A stretch of 60,745 bases of DNA, the filler included, from Rhabdomonas costata (taxonomy: Eukaryota), in NCBI GenBank assembly GCA_019059605.1. It is 15 parts of 15 records of this genome, joined end to end, with 100 filler letters (N's around TTAATTAATTAA, not from the genome) between each part and the next. Parts side by side here need not be neighbours in the genome. Positions count along the whole stretch, not along the records: positions 48,722 to 52,667 come from JAHMHO010000437.1; positions 52,768 to 56,710 come from JAHMHO010000438.1; positions 56,811 to 60,745 come from JAHMHO010000439.1; 12 more parts are not named here. The stretch is one strand, 5' to 3'. The translations under genes and the position numbers were made by a program. This document shows, one piece after another, positions 49,162 to 60,745 of this stretch (positions within the stretch are counted from its first letter, which is position 1; each line of letters starts with the position of its first letter). The notes below the pieces were generated by a model, which was not told where the DNA came from, searched no databases, and was given only the letters and a program-made list of their open reading frames with translations.

Positions 49162-51975
49162 CTAGAGTGGGCGGTGCTTCGCCTTGAGCTCTGAAAGGTG
49201 AAGGCGATGACCCAAAAGCCCAAAAAAAAACCGTTGAACAAAGAACAATCAGCTAAAAACTTGTTGACAAAGGAGGAAAGAAAATACAAGCATGAAACAG
49301 AAAGAGTGGAAGCCAGAAGAAAACCTAGAAATGTCATCAGGTCCTCGTCCGCCTCCGCAGAACCATGCAGTGGAACAGCGTCAGACGCGCACATCGAAAA
49401 CGCAATGTCGCCCTCCCGCGTGCTCGGGTCTGGAAGCATCCCCAGCGGCTCAAACACCTCCACGGGGCACGCTGAGCCCAGCACTCGCACCGTCCCGAGG
49501 TACCGCGAGATCACCCGGGGCGCCTTCGAGAGGGTATCCCCGCTGGTCAGGGTGCGGGTGCCCAGCTCGAAGTTCAGGGGCTGCAGCCGGGCGGCCGTGT
49601 TAACGCTTGGTCCGATGCAGGTGTACGACAGCCTTACCGTGGAGCCCATGGAGCCCGCCATCGCCAGCCCCGTGTGGATCCCCGCAGTGAAGTCCACCTG
49701 AGTGGGGGCCAGCCCCCCCACCAGCTCCCGCAGCTGCGCCAGGCCAGCCCGCATCTGCACCGCCGCCTCCAGCGCACACTCCTCGTGCTCCACCACAGAC
49801 TGGGGGCAGTTCCACAGGGCCTGTAAGCAAAAAAAAAAACCCTCGCATTCTCGGTTCCCCCAATTAGCAAACCTGGATGACGAGGAGCATTCCCGAGGCG
49901 CCGTTCTGTAAACCCATATTGCAGGATAGCCCCCTTCAGGCACCATCTTCATCAGGCATCAGCTCTCTTCGGGTGATTGAATTATGATGAAATATGCTCA
50001 AGGTAACAAGAATCTTATTGGTGCGTGCCAGCCAGAGCAGGAAAACTGCGGAAAGTGGTCCTCAAACTCATAAGCAAGTCCACATGACATATCCCAGGAC
50101 ACGCGATCCCGAAAAAAATCCTCGTCATTCATCATCAAAAGAAAGCGTCCGACATATAAAGCCATTCCGATACATCAGAAACCATTCAGAAATCGAATGG
50201 CACGCAAAGCACCATGAACCTCAAAGCAGAGCAGAAGGCACAAAACCAATGTTGAAGCTGAAAGTTTCCGAGGGTCGCGAAAGACACACCATCACACAGT
50301 CCCCAATGTACTTGTCCACCGTCCCAAAGTTCGCCGTGACAGTCTCGCAGATAAGGTCGAAGAACTGCGTAAGTACCATGAGCAGCTCTTGAGGAATCAA
50401 GGTCTCGTGGTATACGTGGAAGTTTTGCAGGTCATAAAATGCTATCGTTACCACACGGTGGTCCATGAAGGGTCCAGTCCGCGTGGGCTGGCTGAGCAGG
50501 TGCCGCAAAAGCTCCATGGGCACGTACTGCGAGAAGGACTTCACTCCGTTGTGCAGCCGCCGAAGTGCGCTCTCAAGACCGTTAACAGAAGCGATGGCAT
50601 TGCCGCCACTCACCTCCCCATCACCCTGGCTGTTCTCAAAGTTCAGGGTCGCCAGGTTGGTCATTCGGCGGTGCATTCGGTTAAGCGGACGTGCCAGAAC
50701 TATCCCCAGCACAACAGCAACCACGATGTCTCCTCCAATGAGCAGCGAGCAAATGATGATCGTGACCTTCGTGGCTTGGTTCACCGCGCTCAAGATGGTA
50801 TCTTCAGGTGTCACCTGAACCAAAAGGTAGTTCAGCCCATTTTCCAGAAGCGGCTCCGTCAAAATGAAGTACAATTCGCCGTCGCTCAGACGGTGTTTCG
50901 AGTACGCTGGCACGGACATCCACCATGGCCCAGGATACACCAGCACTCCCGCGCTTTCCCGAATGATGGGTTCCGGGCTCTGCAGTGCGGGCATTGCAAC
51001 GGACTGAGGCCCTTGCAAGGCGTACACTTCCCCCCTGCTGGCCGCTAAAAGGCTCGCACCAGCGGACCGCTCCATGGCATACAGCACTGACCCGGCGCTG
51101 AGATTCACTCGAAACTGCTCTGAAAAGCCGTTGGTGCGCATGCCATTCATAAAAACGATTGTCTGCCCTGTGCATACGGGAAGCCGAAGGCCAACAAAAA
51201 TGTACGGCACAGCGGTTTGCCCGCTAAAATATATTGGGATGAACTTCGCAGACCCCGATGGGGCGTCATGGAACCACGAGTACTGATGCGTCGTATATGC
51301 CACATTTGAGGGCGGCCCCTCACTGATAACGGTGTAGCTTCCATCATATGACGGCTGAATGACCTGAGTGCGCATCGGCGCCGCACTCGTGTTGGTGGTG
51401 TAGAGGTACCACGTCTCCTGAGATGTACCTCGAAATTCCACTGCTACTGTGACCATCAAATCATCGGAGGTTCCCACGGAACTGACGGAGCAGTACGGAC
51501 TCTCCAGGTGCCTGAGAATGATCCGGGACAGCACTTTCTGACGGAAGAACTCCCAGCCCACTCGGCCATCACGGTCTCCCACTGGCTCTTGAGAGTGCAT
51601 CCACAACCCATCGGAGTCAGAGAAGTACCGCGAGTGACTCAGACTTCCCGCAATGCTCACTGCGTGCTGTCGCACTTGAATTCGGGTCTGCTTCTCTGCC
51701 AGACCTTCCGCATTGCTCACCGCAGCCGTGATGTTAATGCTCCATACCACCGCAGTGGAGGACACCACGCAGAGGAGCAGCACGGCGATCAGCAACGTGT
51801 GCAAGGAACAGATGCAGCGCAGGAGGGAGCTTTTTCCCGGTGCGCCGGTAAAGGCACTTCGCGGAGAAGGGAGGGAAGAGACTGAAAGGGCACGCTCTCC
51901 GGTGGGTCCTGAGGAGCACGGACTCATCGGAACAGGGGGAGCAATAGAGCGCCGGAAGCTTCGCCGAGAGATCAT
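49162..51975 (-). CDS. Receptor-type class III adenylate cyclase (TM - extracellular sensor - TM - HAMP - cyclase); exons ~51975-50290, 49820-49325, 49190-49162
   Basis: Two hydrophobic helices and a HAMP-like LARPLNRM...ESALRRL. Catalytic motifs TIAFYDL, GTVDKYIGDCVM|ALWN, GIHTG..MAGSMGS..RLSYTCIGPSVNTAARL. GT-AG introns are in frame. The start codon is uncertain. Confidence 0.92.
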
Positions 51976-53165
51976 GTGGGAGATGCATAAAGTGAAAGGA
52001 GAAAGGCGAGAGAAGAGAGGAGAGAAGATTGAGATTTTACAGAAACCGAAAAGGGTTACGGGAAAACAGACACAGAAATTGGCAGAAAGTATGTATTCCG
52101 CTTGAGCAAAAGTAATCGGAAGAAACCAGATAAAAAATTTAAGAGCGAAAACTGAATGCTTCACCATGTGCCTAGCTAGCATCCAAACCTTTTCCTACAA
52201 GTAACAAGACATATAGGCGAACAACTGTGGTAAATGTGAAAACAGCCTGCCCGACTGCAGCAGCAGACAGCGTTCGAGGCAGTCAAGAACCAAACAGTGG
52301 ATGCCAGAGGGCCTTTCATTGTCTCAGAAAAGACCGCTGTGCCTGTGCGGATGGTACTGGTACAGTGTGGAAAAACTGACTGCCACGGTGAAGAGATTTC
52401 AGCGTTGCTGAACAGATAAAATAAACACGCGTTACAAACAAATACCGACTCCACGAAATAATTGATACTGCTGTATCAAACGGTCCACGAAGCAGGTGCT
52501 CCAACATGAATATAAAAATGAATATGAAGGCACAATGGTTGAGTGGCATGCCGTACAGAACGTCTCCAATAGTCAATGCAGGTTATCAACATAGAGGGAC
52601 TGCTGCACCGTGGAAAAATGGATTGGTGCGATGAAGTTTCTAAACGGGTTTCAACGCTGTTGAATGGNNNNNNNNNNNNNNNNNNNNNNNNNNNNNNNNN
52701 NNNNNNNNNNNTTAATTAATTAANNNNNNNNNNNNNNNNNNNNNNNNNNNNNNNNNNNNNNNNNNNNGTGTTTTGATTGCAACGAGATTGATGGCAACGA
52801 GAGCTTGCTATCCCAAAGTTATCGAGTCGATTCGCGCCTTGTGCTGAACTCTCTGGACATCTTGCAACGAATAGGAAATTTTTCACGCGAACCGCACAGC
52901 TATTTCAAATGTACCGCCCCCTGATGCTGCTGAACCTGATGATCCTGGTACCATTCTGCCCCCCGTGAATTAATTGGATATCAACGCCGTTTTTCTCGCA
53001 CCACTTTGCGTGTGTTCGGGTCAGAGTTTCTTTCTCGACTGCTTTTTTTTGCCGTTCACCGCATCTTGCGGCGGATCATTTGGGCCCGTTTTTTAGGAGT
53101 GCAGTGAGGGAGAGAGTTTCCCTGCAAAGTGCATTGAGTGAAAAAGTGTCCCGCGTGCCCCGAGG

Positions 53166-54344
53166 ATGTTCCGCAGCCAGTACGATAATGACGTCACGAC
53201 ATGGTCGCCCAACGGCCGGCTCTTCCAGGTGGACTACGCCATGGAGGCCGTGAAGCAGGGCAGCTGCACTGTGGGCGCGAAGTCCAAGGATCACGTTGTC
53301 TTGGTTGCGCTGAAGCGGTAGCATTCTCTTCCTTTTGGCGCTCGGTTTTTGCAGACTGTTTTCGGTGCATCGTTCACTGGAAGGGGTACGGTGTTTGTTC
53401 TTTTAGTATTTTTTTGTTTAATTGGTAATTTTTTTAATCCCAACAGTACACCACTCCCGTGTCTTCATCTCCTGTCAAAAGAGAGCACTTTATTGACATT
53501 CAACAGACAGATAAAAAAGTAAGTTACATCCCGAAACTCAGAATTTTGTATGTTACGAGTTTCCCATAAAAGTCCTGGGAACGCTATAAAATGCCGCTAG
53601 GCTGGTATGTATGCGCACGATATGCTTTAATCGGTTCATGTTTCTGAGGCTAAAAAGCACGTGTTTTCAGTTTACGGTGTAACGTGCTATACATAAGGTT
53701 CCACTGCATTGTTCATAGCTTGTATGAATGGAAAAGACTGTAGGCAAGCGAATTGTATTATTATTGACATTTCGGTTTGAAAGGATGCATGAAGTTTCAT
53801 CCTTCCGCCCTCATCTTGAGATCAATGTGGTAGATTATGGGTTTGTGGCCGTTCGTTTGAACGCTCCATAGCTGCAGCCAAAGTTCCAAACAAGCGGTGT
53901 CGATGCCGCGGGTGTGCAATAGGGAATCAAAAATTCGAAAATGTGAGATCCCTGCGCCTTCCTACCCAAAAGAAGAGACGCCCATGCAGTGGGACGTGCG
54001 ATTGAGCTTGCCCTGCCGCGTGGTGAGTTTTGCCGAGGATGTGGTTGTGCGCTCAGGGCACCCCAAGCCGAGCTTAGCTCGTATCAGCCCAAGCTTTTCA
54101 AGCTGGACTCCCACATGGGAATGTCCATTGCGGGGCTGACCTCGGATGCCCGGTATTACCTTCCCACATTCCGCTGCCCTGGGTTGCTCTCCGCTGTGTT
54201 GTTTTTGGATCAGCAGCATTGAATCCGCACCGCCTTTCGTGTTCTCCTTGCCACAGGGTTCTCGCCCGCTTTATTCGCACGGAGTGCATCAACCACCACT
54301 TTGTCTACAACGCCCCCATTCCTGTGCAAAGGCTGGTCACTCGG
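53166..54344 (+). CDS. PSMA1: 20S proteasome subunit alpha-6 (alpha type-1), first three exons 53166-53317, 54057-54152, 54257-54344 (3'-partial)
   Basis: Spliced [33 protein letters not shown]...[47 protein letters not shown]; canonical splice sites, frame preserved. Confidence 0.96.
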
Positions 54345-55324
54345 GTGTGTTTGTGCTGGCATCCTCAGTTGGTCTTTTTGAGGGTGGGGTGGGGGAGGTG
54401 CAGAAGAGGTACCCTCGCAGCGATAACAGAAGGATTCGCATGGAACGTGCGCTGTAATCGGGATGGGACGTGAGACCTGTGTCCTGAAACGTGGCCTGCA
54501 CTTTTGTTGACACTGTGCCACTGCCTGCAAGTGACCAGAACAATGAAAAATCGTTGCTGGCACACCGGCGTGCAGGTGGGCGGACGGTGTGCCAGCCTAT
54601 AGTTCTTTCTCTTATCAGTACGCAGGCCTGCAAAGGGCCAAAAAGGGCCCTTACAAGCATGTTTAAAGGCAAAAAAAAGGGGGCTCAAAAATACCCCAAA
54701 ATGGCCCTTGAATGGCCTCTAGCGTGGCTCTAAACCGAAGCATTCCGGCCCACTCCCTGGCCAGCATGAAGTACTCCTGGGCTCTACCCTTATGTATGCT
54801 AAGCAGGCCCGGCCGAAAGCTTAGGCTCAGTATGCAGGCCTGCAGAGGTCCGAAAAGTGCACAAGGGGCCCTTGAAAATTTATGGAAAATGCCTCCGAAT
54901 GGACTCCGAGGCCGGGAAGCGGCCAACCAACTCATCTCCGGAGTACTAACATGCACGGATATGCTGATAACATTCTAAAGGAAGGAAAGGAAGGAAGGGT
55001 ACAGAGGAAGAGCGTCAAAAAAAATTGGGGGGGGGGGAAGGTTTCGAAAAAAAAAAAGGAGTTCACAGCTGTAATGCAGGGATTCAGTGGGATATCAGCA
55101 TGCTCCGGCACAGTGCTGGAACAGTGCTGGCAAACTAACTATGAGACAAAAGGTAGTCGGGATTCGAGCAAAACAGGGAAAACAGGGAATGTAGTCTAGT
55201 TTAGAGGTGGTGGTAACGGGGGCAAGACCGTTCAGAGAGAAGGTTCAGCTTCCAAGGTTCAGTTTTCAGACTCCGATTCATGTCACAATGAGGACACAGA
55301 GCAATTAAATCAGTTTAGCCAGAC

Positions 55325-56710
55325 CTCATCACGAAAGTATCCGGCCTCGTCGCCGCCCAGGTGGAAGTAGGGCGCAGGAAACAGCCCAGCGACCTCCGAG
55401 AAGACGTCCTGCAGAAAGGCCACCGCGGGGGGCTCCGGGAGGACGATGCCGTGGGTGCCCCCCATGCAGTTGGGGGCACCCCAGCGAAGCTGCTGGCCCT
55501 CCGGGTCTCGGGCAACACAACCCGGGTCCCGCAGTTCGGCTCTCCCAAGGTCAACACCGTGGGCCCTGAGGGATGTGGAAACCTAGGTTCATGGCACTGA
55601 CCATCCAAGTGATTGCATGAAGCCAGAGACGCAGGGAAGGGTAGAATGGCGAAATCAGGCTTCCTCCAAGGTAGATTCATTTGGAGTTTTCAGGAGTACA
55701 AACGCAGGGCAGGAACGACCTCAAATTCAATGCGGGGGTGCTCACAGATCTCACAGGTCTCACAGGTCTCTATTCAATTCAGCAACCGTTCAAAGTTCAA
55801 CTGCGACGTTTTGCAACATGTTTGCAGCTAGTGTGCAACTCCATCGCCACTGAAAACACCACTCCACTGATGCAAATCGAAAAGCTTGCCGATTAACCTG
55901 GCAGCAGCGATAAGAGCAGCACAGTGGGCCGGGGTGTCGATCTCGGGGATGACCATCACCCCCATTGACCGGGCAAAGGCCACAACCTCGCGGATCTCGG
56001 TCTGGGTGTAGTACCGGGCCGCGGGATACGCTGTGCCATTGAAGCGGTTCCCGTTCGGCTGTTGCGGGGCGTTCAAAGCGGGGCCCCGCCGGCCCCCCAC
56101 CTTGGCAAGGCTTGGGTAGCGCAGAATCTCAATCCTCCACCCCTGGTCATCACTGAGGTGCCAGTGAAAGCGGTTGAGCTTGTGCATCGCCATGAGCTGA
56201 TAAAAAATGGTGCAGCTTGCGCATGTTTCAAAGAGATTGCCGCCGAGGAATGTGCGCATTGATGCAAGGGGAGGGGAATGCAGGGCAACAAAGGAAAGTG
56301 AAAAGGGAAGACAGAAGGCGTGCAATGATGTGAGTAAATGGCGGCACAGCTGCAAGCGGCTGAGGAACTCTTGCGGTGAATGCCACAAACATCCTCGCAC
56401 AAATCTGTGCCAATGTGAAGCATGGGGCGTCGGAGGAAGACATCATGAAAGGCTGGTCCGCAAGAAACACGAAAAGCAGGTAATTTTCTTCGAAAAATTC
56501 TGTTTTGCACCGAAGTTTCGAAATTCACAGGCTTCCGAGAAAGCGCTGTTAGGAGCTGAGTAAAGAGTCGCTTTGAATTATATGTACACCCCAAACCTGT
56601 ATTAAGCCCTTAATGTGCCGGACGTCGAAGAAGTGCCTGGCGGAGTCAAAGTGGACCCCCCTCCAAGAATACCGCGGCCAGTCCCTAACGCGGCACGGCG
56701 GAATTGTCAC
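55325..56710 (-). CDS. GH20 beta-N-acetylhexosaminidase (internal part); exons 56710-56597, 56196-55898, 55565-55325
   Basis: DWPRYSWRGVHFDSARHFF, KLNRFHWHLSDDQGWRIEI, YYTQTEIREVV..A...GVMVIPEIDTPAH and the catalytic FHLGGDE. GT-AG junctions are in frame. Confidence 0.95.
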
Positions 56711-57380
56711 NNNNNNNNNNNNNNNNNNNNNNNNNNNNNNNNNNNNNNNNNNNNTTAATTAATTAANNNNNNNNNNNNNNNNNNNNNNNNNNNNNNNNNN
56801 NNNNNNNNNNGGTTGTTGTTAGCAAATGGTGTTGCAAAATAATGTAAGAGGCACACATGAATCAAGCTCACAACAAACCTGGGCACGGAAGCATGGCAAG
56901 AAAAAAATGAAGATCTGCCTCCAAAAAGTGATGAGGAACCACCAAAGAAGAGGCTTTCTGAAGAGCCAAACAAAACGACGGATACTAGGGACACTGCTGA
57001 CCAGGTGAGCTCAGGAAATATACAGGCACGCAATGTGTTCGTGTATGCGGAGGCTAACTTCCGCAGAATATTTGAGTTTCTGTGATTCATGAAAGACAGT
57101 GAGAGACTAAACGTAGCAACCATAAAAGTTAAGGAAGGAAAACCCGATTCATTGAAAAAACTGACGAATTTGATGCAGCGACGGGATATGTATGGGTCAG
57201 ACAAAACTCCTTTGGCAAAACCGAAAACCCCGCAAAGGCGCAGACGGAAGAGACAGGAAAAGAAATTTCCATCCATAATTTTCCGTCCCCCTCTCTTCCC
57301 CTTGTTCCGTTGACGAAGACATTTTGGCATTGCACAAAACAGGTTCACAAAAGTCGCAGCTGCAAATTCGCAAGCTCCCC

Positions 57381-60300
57381 TTAGCGCCTCTTCCTATGAA
57401 ATCGCCCGCCTCCGCTTCCTCCTCTGGCGTTCGATGACGAGGGGTCCGACGAGAGATGCGTGCCCGGCCTGCGGTTCTGCTCGAGCTTCTCCCGAAGCTC
57501 CCGGACGCACCTCTGAGTCTCTTCGGATGAAGGCGTGACCCACTGCAGCAGGACGTCGAGATGGGGCTGTGCAAGGATCCACTGAAGGTCCACACGGCTG
57601 CACACCCGCAGGCCAACCTCCCCACTGGGGAGGGTGACCATCTCGTGGTACACGATGAAGTTGTCCCTGGAGTCCCCCTTCAGCGCACAGCTGGGGTGAA
57701 GCCAGCACCTGCAAAAGGTGAGGAACACGAGAGCAGCAAAGGAGCAAAGGAGGAAATTCTTGTGTTGCAACCCGTACCTTGCTTCTGCTCATATACCCAG
57801 ACTGCCGCTTCTCTTCTGTTTTTCGCGACAGTAAAATCAGTCTTTGTTTCCACCCAGAACGAGAGCGTCGTGCTGGGGAAAGAGATGAAAGAAAGCCCAA
57901 AGAAGTAAGTTTTGAGTGGGGAGGGGAGATGGTGGATCCACACTCAGTGAGACAGCGAGAAAAGTGAGCCATGTGCGGTGTGTAAAAAGAGCATGAAGCG
58001 GTGCAGAAAGAGGAGCACTCGCCTTCTGTCTCGCCTTCGAAGAAGGTACCTCTTGCCCTCGGTGAGAGTGTGGAACAGCATCCCCTCGCGGTGCGCGAGT
58101 TGCAGTAGCGAGCCTCCGGTGCAGAAGGCCTGCCGAAGCTCCTCCGTGCAGTCCATATATGGGAATTTTGGAGTGGGCACGCCTGCGGCAAAGCCACACC
58201 AGTGCGACAACAGTGCTGAAACACACGTAAAAAATCATCAAAGAAGGCGCATCCTTCCAGACTCTGAGAAATAACGGTGAAACGGGGGAAAAAAGGAAGA
58301 AACATACACACACGTTTACCATTCATGAAATTTTTTTTTCACTTTTTTATTCTAACAAAAATGAACCGACCCTATTTTGTTAATCGGGGGCTTACTTTTC
58401 TGCTTTTTTTTGTGTGAAAGCTCGCTTTGGGTCGTCGCTCCCGCGACTGATCTAACTGGATCCTGTCAGTATCGTTCCCAATCGTCATGTTGCAGACAGG
58501 GATGCATTTTCAAACCCACTAGCCAGAAGATTAGGAGGAAGAATGAAATTGGAAGTGCGCGCTCACCCAGCTGTTCCAGGATCCGCACCAACTGCTGCCT
58601 CACGTTGGCAGCCTGCTGCATGTTGCGCTCGTGCAGCCAGTGGCGGTGGCAGAACTGCTGGGCCTCGGGCGGGGGGCCTCTCAGGCTGCCCGAGGGGATC
58701 TCAAACACTCCGTCCTCCGCACCCATCGCTTTCGCGTACCTTTCGAGGGATTATGCGGGAATATCAACGCTTGGAAAAAGGCACAAGAGCACTGGGTTGG
58801 TGAACAGTACGGGTGGTGAGTGGGGCAAGCTATCTCCATATATCGCAAGCAAAGACAGCGCTCTTGGGCTATACTTAAATTTAAATTCAAGCTGCAATCA
58901 AGTCCATGACTTTCGCGCAAGTCCCGAAGGAGTAATGCAAGGTTAATGGTACGGCGGAGTTTTCGATCGCGGACCCGCTTGAGCCTGAGCCTGGCAAGAG
59001 AGGTTAAACATTAAAACAAAGTGTAGTACCGATTATTAAACAGACTGGTGCACAGGTTTGTATAAACATTTGCGTAGCGAAAAAGCGCGTAGAAAGTGTT
59101 CACGCGGAATTTCAGTCGGGGACGAAGTGAAGTGAAGGAGACAGAAAACGATGAGACAGGACATCAATAGAGGTGAGGAATACCCCTGGAAGATGTTCAG
59201 CAGGGTGGTGTGATCGCCAGCCATGTTCTTGAAGTGGCGGATGGCGCGCTCCGCCGTGTCTGCCTGCAACCTACAGAGAGGGAGAAACGACCCCACACAT
59301 CCCACACCAACCCGTGCGGCTGGAATCACAAAAAAGCACTGGTGTGGTTCAGTACAGTGACAGCAAATGAAAATGACTGAAACCAAAAAGAACGAGTGAA
59401 TGGGGAAACAAAATAAATATCAAAGAGAAGAACTTAAAGGAATAGGCAGACGGGTAGAATAGGAGTTGTCTCTTGCGCATCTCAAGCAAACGCCTCACCC
59501 TAACCCATCCCGAGACAAGCCTTCTCTATGCTGTTCTGCACCCACATGTCCCGATGCACACAGAGATAAAAGAATCTTAGATGTGGTGCGCACCGCGTGG
59601 AGACGAAGACGTTCGGCACTGTCAGCATCGCAATGACCCCCGCGACCTCCCGAGTGACGTTCCACTGGTGGGCCTGCAGCAGGGTGGCTGACAGCAGAGG
59701 GTCGATGGGGAGGTGACTCATGGCCTCTCCCGCCGGAGTCAACCGAAGCTGGTCATCCTACTCCCGCACATCCCAGAAAGTCGCCGAGTCTGCAATGCAA
59801 CTCCGCAAAAAACAATTCAGATACTCATCGACAATTCAAATAACCGCTCAAGCACTGGCAACTTAGGCATCTCCGATGGATTCACAGCATGAACTCATCA
59901 CAATGTATACCCGGCCTTTTCGTCCCGCCGAGCAAGCAAAGGTGTGTCATTGTGCGAACGTCAGAATGCAAAGAAACATGGAAGAGTCGGGCATACTAAC
60001 CATGCTAACCCGGCAGCTCTCTCCTTCCCTTCCCTTCTCTACCTTTGGAAATGCCCGCCGATAGTGCAGACCAAAGACTAGTAAAAACAAACCAGAGCTC
60101 CAATGATCCGCAGCGTTGTGAAGGTCTGTGTCAGCGCCTCAGGAGAGGGTGGGTCCACGAAGGGGAATCCCGAGCCGTTGGACAAATGGAACCCCAGCTT
60201 TAGCAGTTGCAGAACCTGTGTGTTTGCGTGGTAATGATGGTGATACAGAATCAGAAGACCAGACTCCCAGGGTAAGAGGGCAAAGCGAAGGGCAAGAACT

Positions 60301-60745
60301 CTGTACCCATGAAAGACGATGTGGGCCCGGGTACCGGATTTACAGCAAACAATATGAATATCTAGTGTGACATAGCAACGGGTCTCTTCACGCTAAACCA
60401 AACAGGTACACGTCATGCACAAAGGTTTTGGTCGACACACACACACACACACAGGGAGAAACAGGGCTCATGGCACGGACCACTTCGCTGAGATTGCAGC
60501 GGAGGACCTCTGGGCGGGTGGCTTCGTCCAAGCCAGCGAACCACGCCGCGGTGTAAAGGCGGAAGCATTTCCCCGGCTGGGTGCGCCCCGCGCGCCCTGC
60601 GCGCTGCACCGCAGAGGCTTTGGAGACGGGCACCAGGTCCAGGGACTCCACCCTGGAGCTGGCGTGGTACTGGTTCTCTTTCTTGAACCCCGAGTCCACA
60701 ACAAAGGCAATGCCGTCGATGGTAATGGAGCTGCCCCCCCCCACA
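57381..60745 (-). CDS. DEAH/RHA-family RNA helicase (Prp22/Prp43/DHX33/35-like), 3' part; exons >60745-60481, 60215-60093, 59757-59594, 59270-59184, 58739-58567, 58182-58050, 57708-57381
   Basis: Motif V-VI SITIDGIAFVVDSG...QRAGRAGRTQPGKCFRLYT, HA2 domain (FVDPP...GAL..LTPAG..MSHLPIDP), GDHTTLLNIF, OB-fold LHPSC...YHEMV. All six introns are GT-AG and frame-consistent. Confidence 0.95.

Overview
This window is not one locus. It is about 15 unrelated contigs of ~3.95 kb each, apparently sorted by length and joined by N-runs carrying the artificial six-frame-stop linker TTAATTAATTAA. Features on either side of a linker are not biologically adjacent. The DNA is from the nuclear genome of an intron-rich eukaryote, most likely a protist: nearly every intron I could reconstruct is canonical GT-AG. 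The gene and transposon content is compatible with a euglenozoan or other discoban, but this cannot be established from the window. Contig ends are G/T-only at the 5' side and A/C-only at the 3' side, and fold-back duplications occur, which points to primer-based whole-genome amplification. Recognisable host genes: an F-box + 28-aa LRR gene with a frameshift, RPL14 with a Lys/Ala/Pro tail, the ARM C-terminus of a Cdc15/SepA-type kinase, divergent tRNA-Ala(AGC) and tRNA-Gly(GCC), a KsgA/TFB1M-type methyltransferase, SPRY-domain exons, an S9A oligopeptidase exon, a receptor-type class III nucleotidyl cyclase, proteasome alpha-6, a GH20 hexosaminidase and a DEAH-box helicase. Recognisable mobile-element relics: a decayed dUTPase + Ty3/gypsy RT, an internally deleted CRE/SLACS-like retrotransposon and a Merlin/ISXO2 transposase fragment. 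The best leads are (i) two paralogues sharing an unrecognised N-terminal module, one fused to a zinc finger and an ADP-ribosyltransferase domain, (ii) a terminally redundant 3,877-bp contig that may be circular, and (iii) the dUTPase-carrying gypsy relic. I found no unambiguous new biological system.
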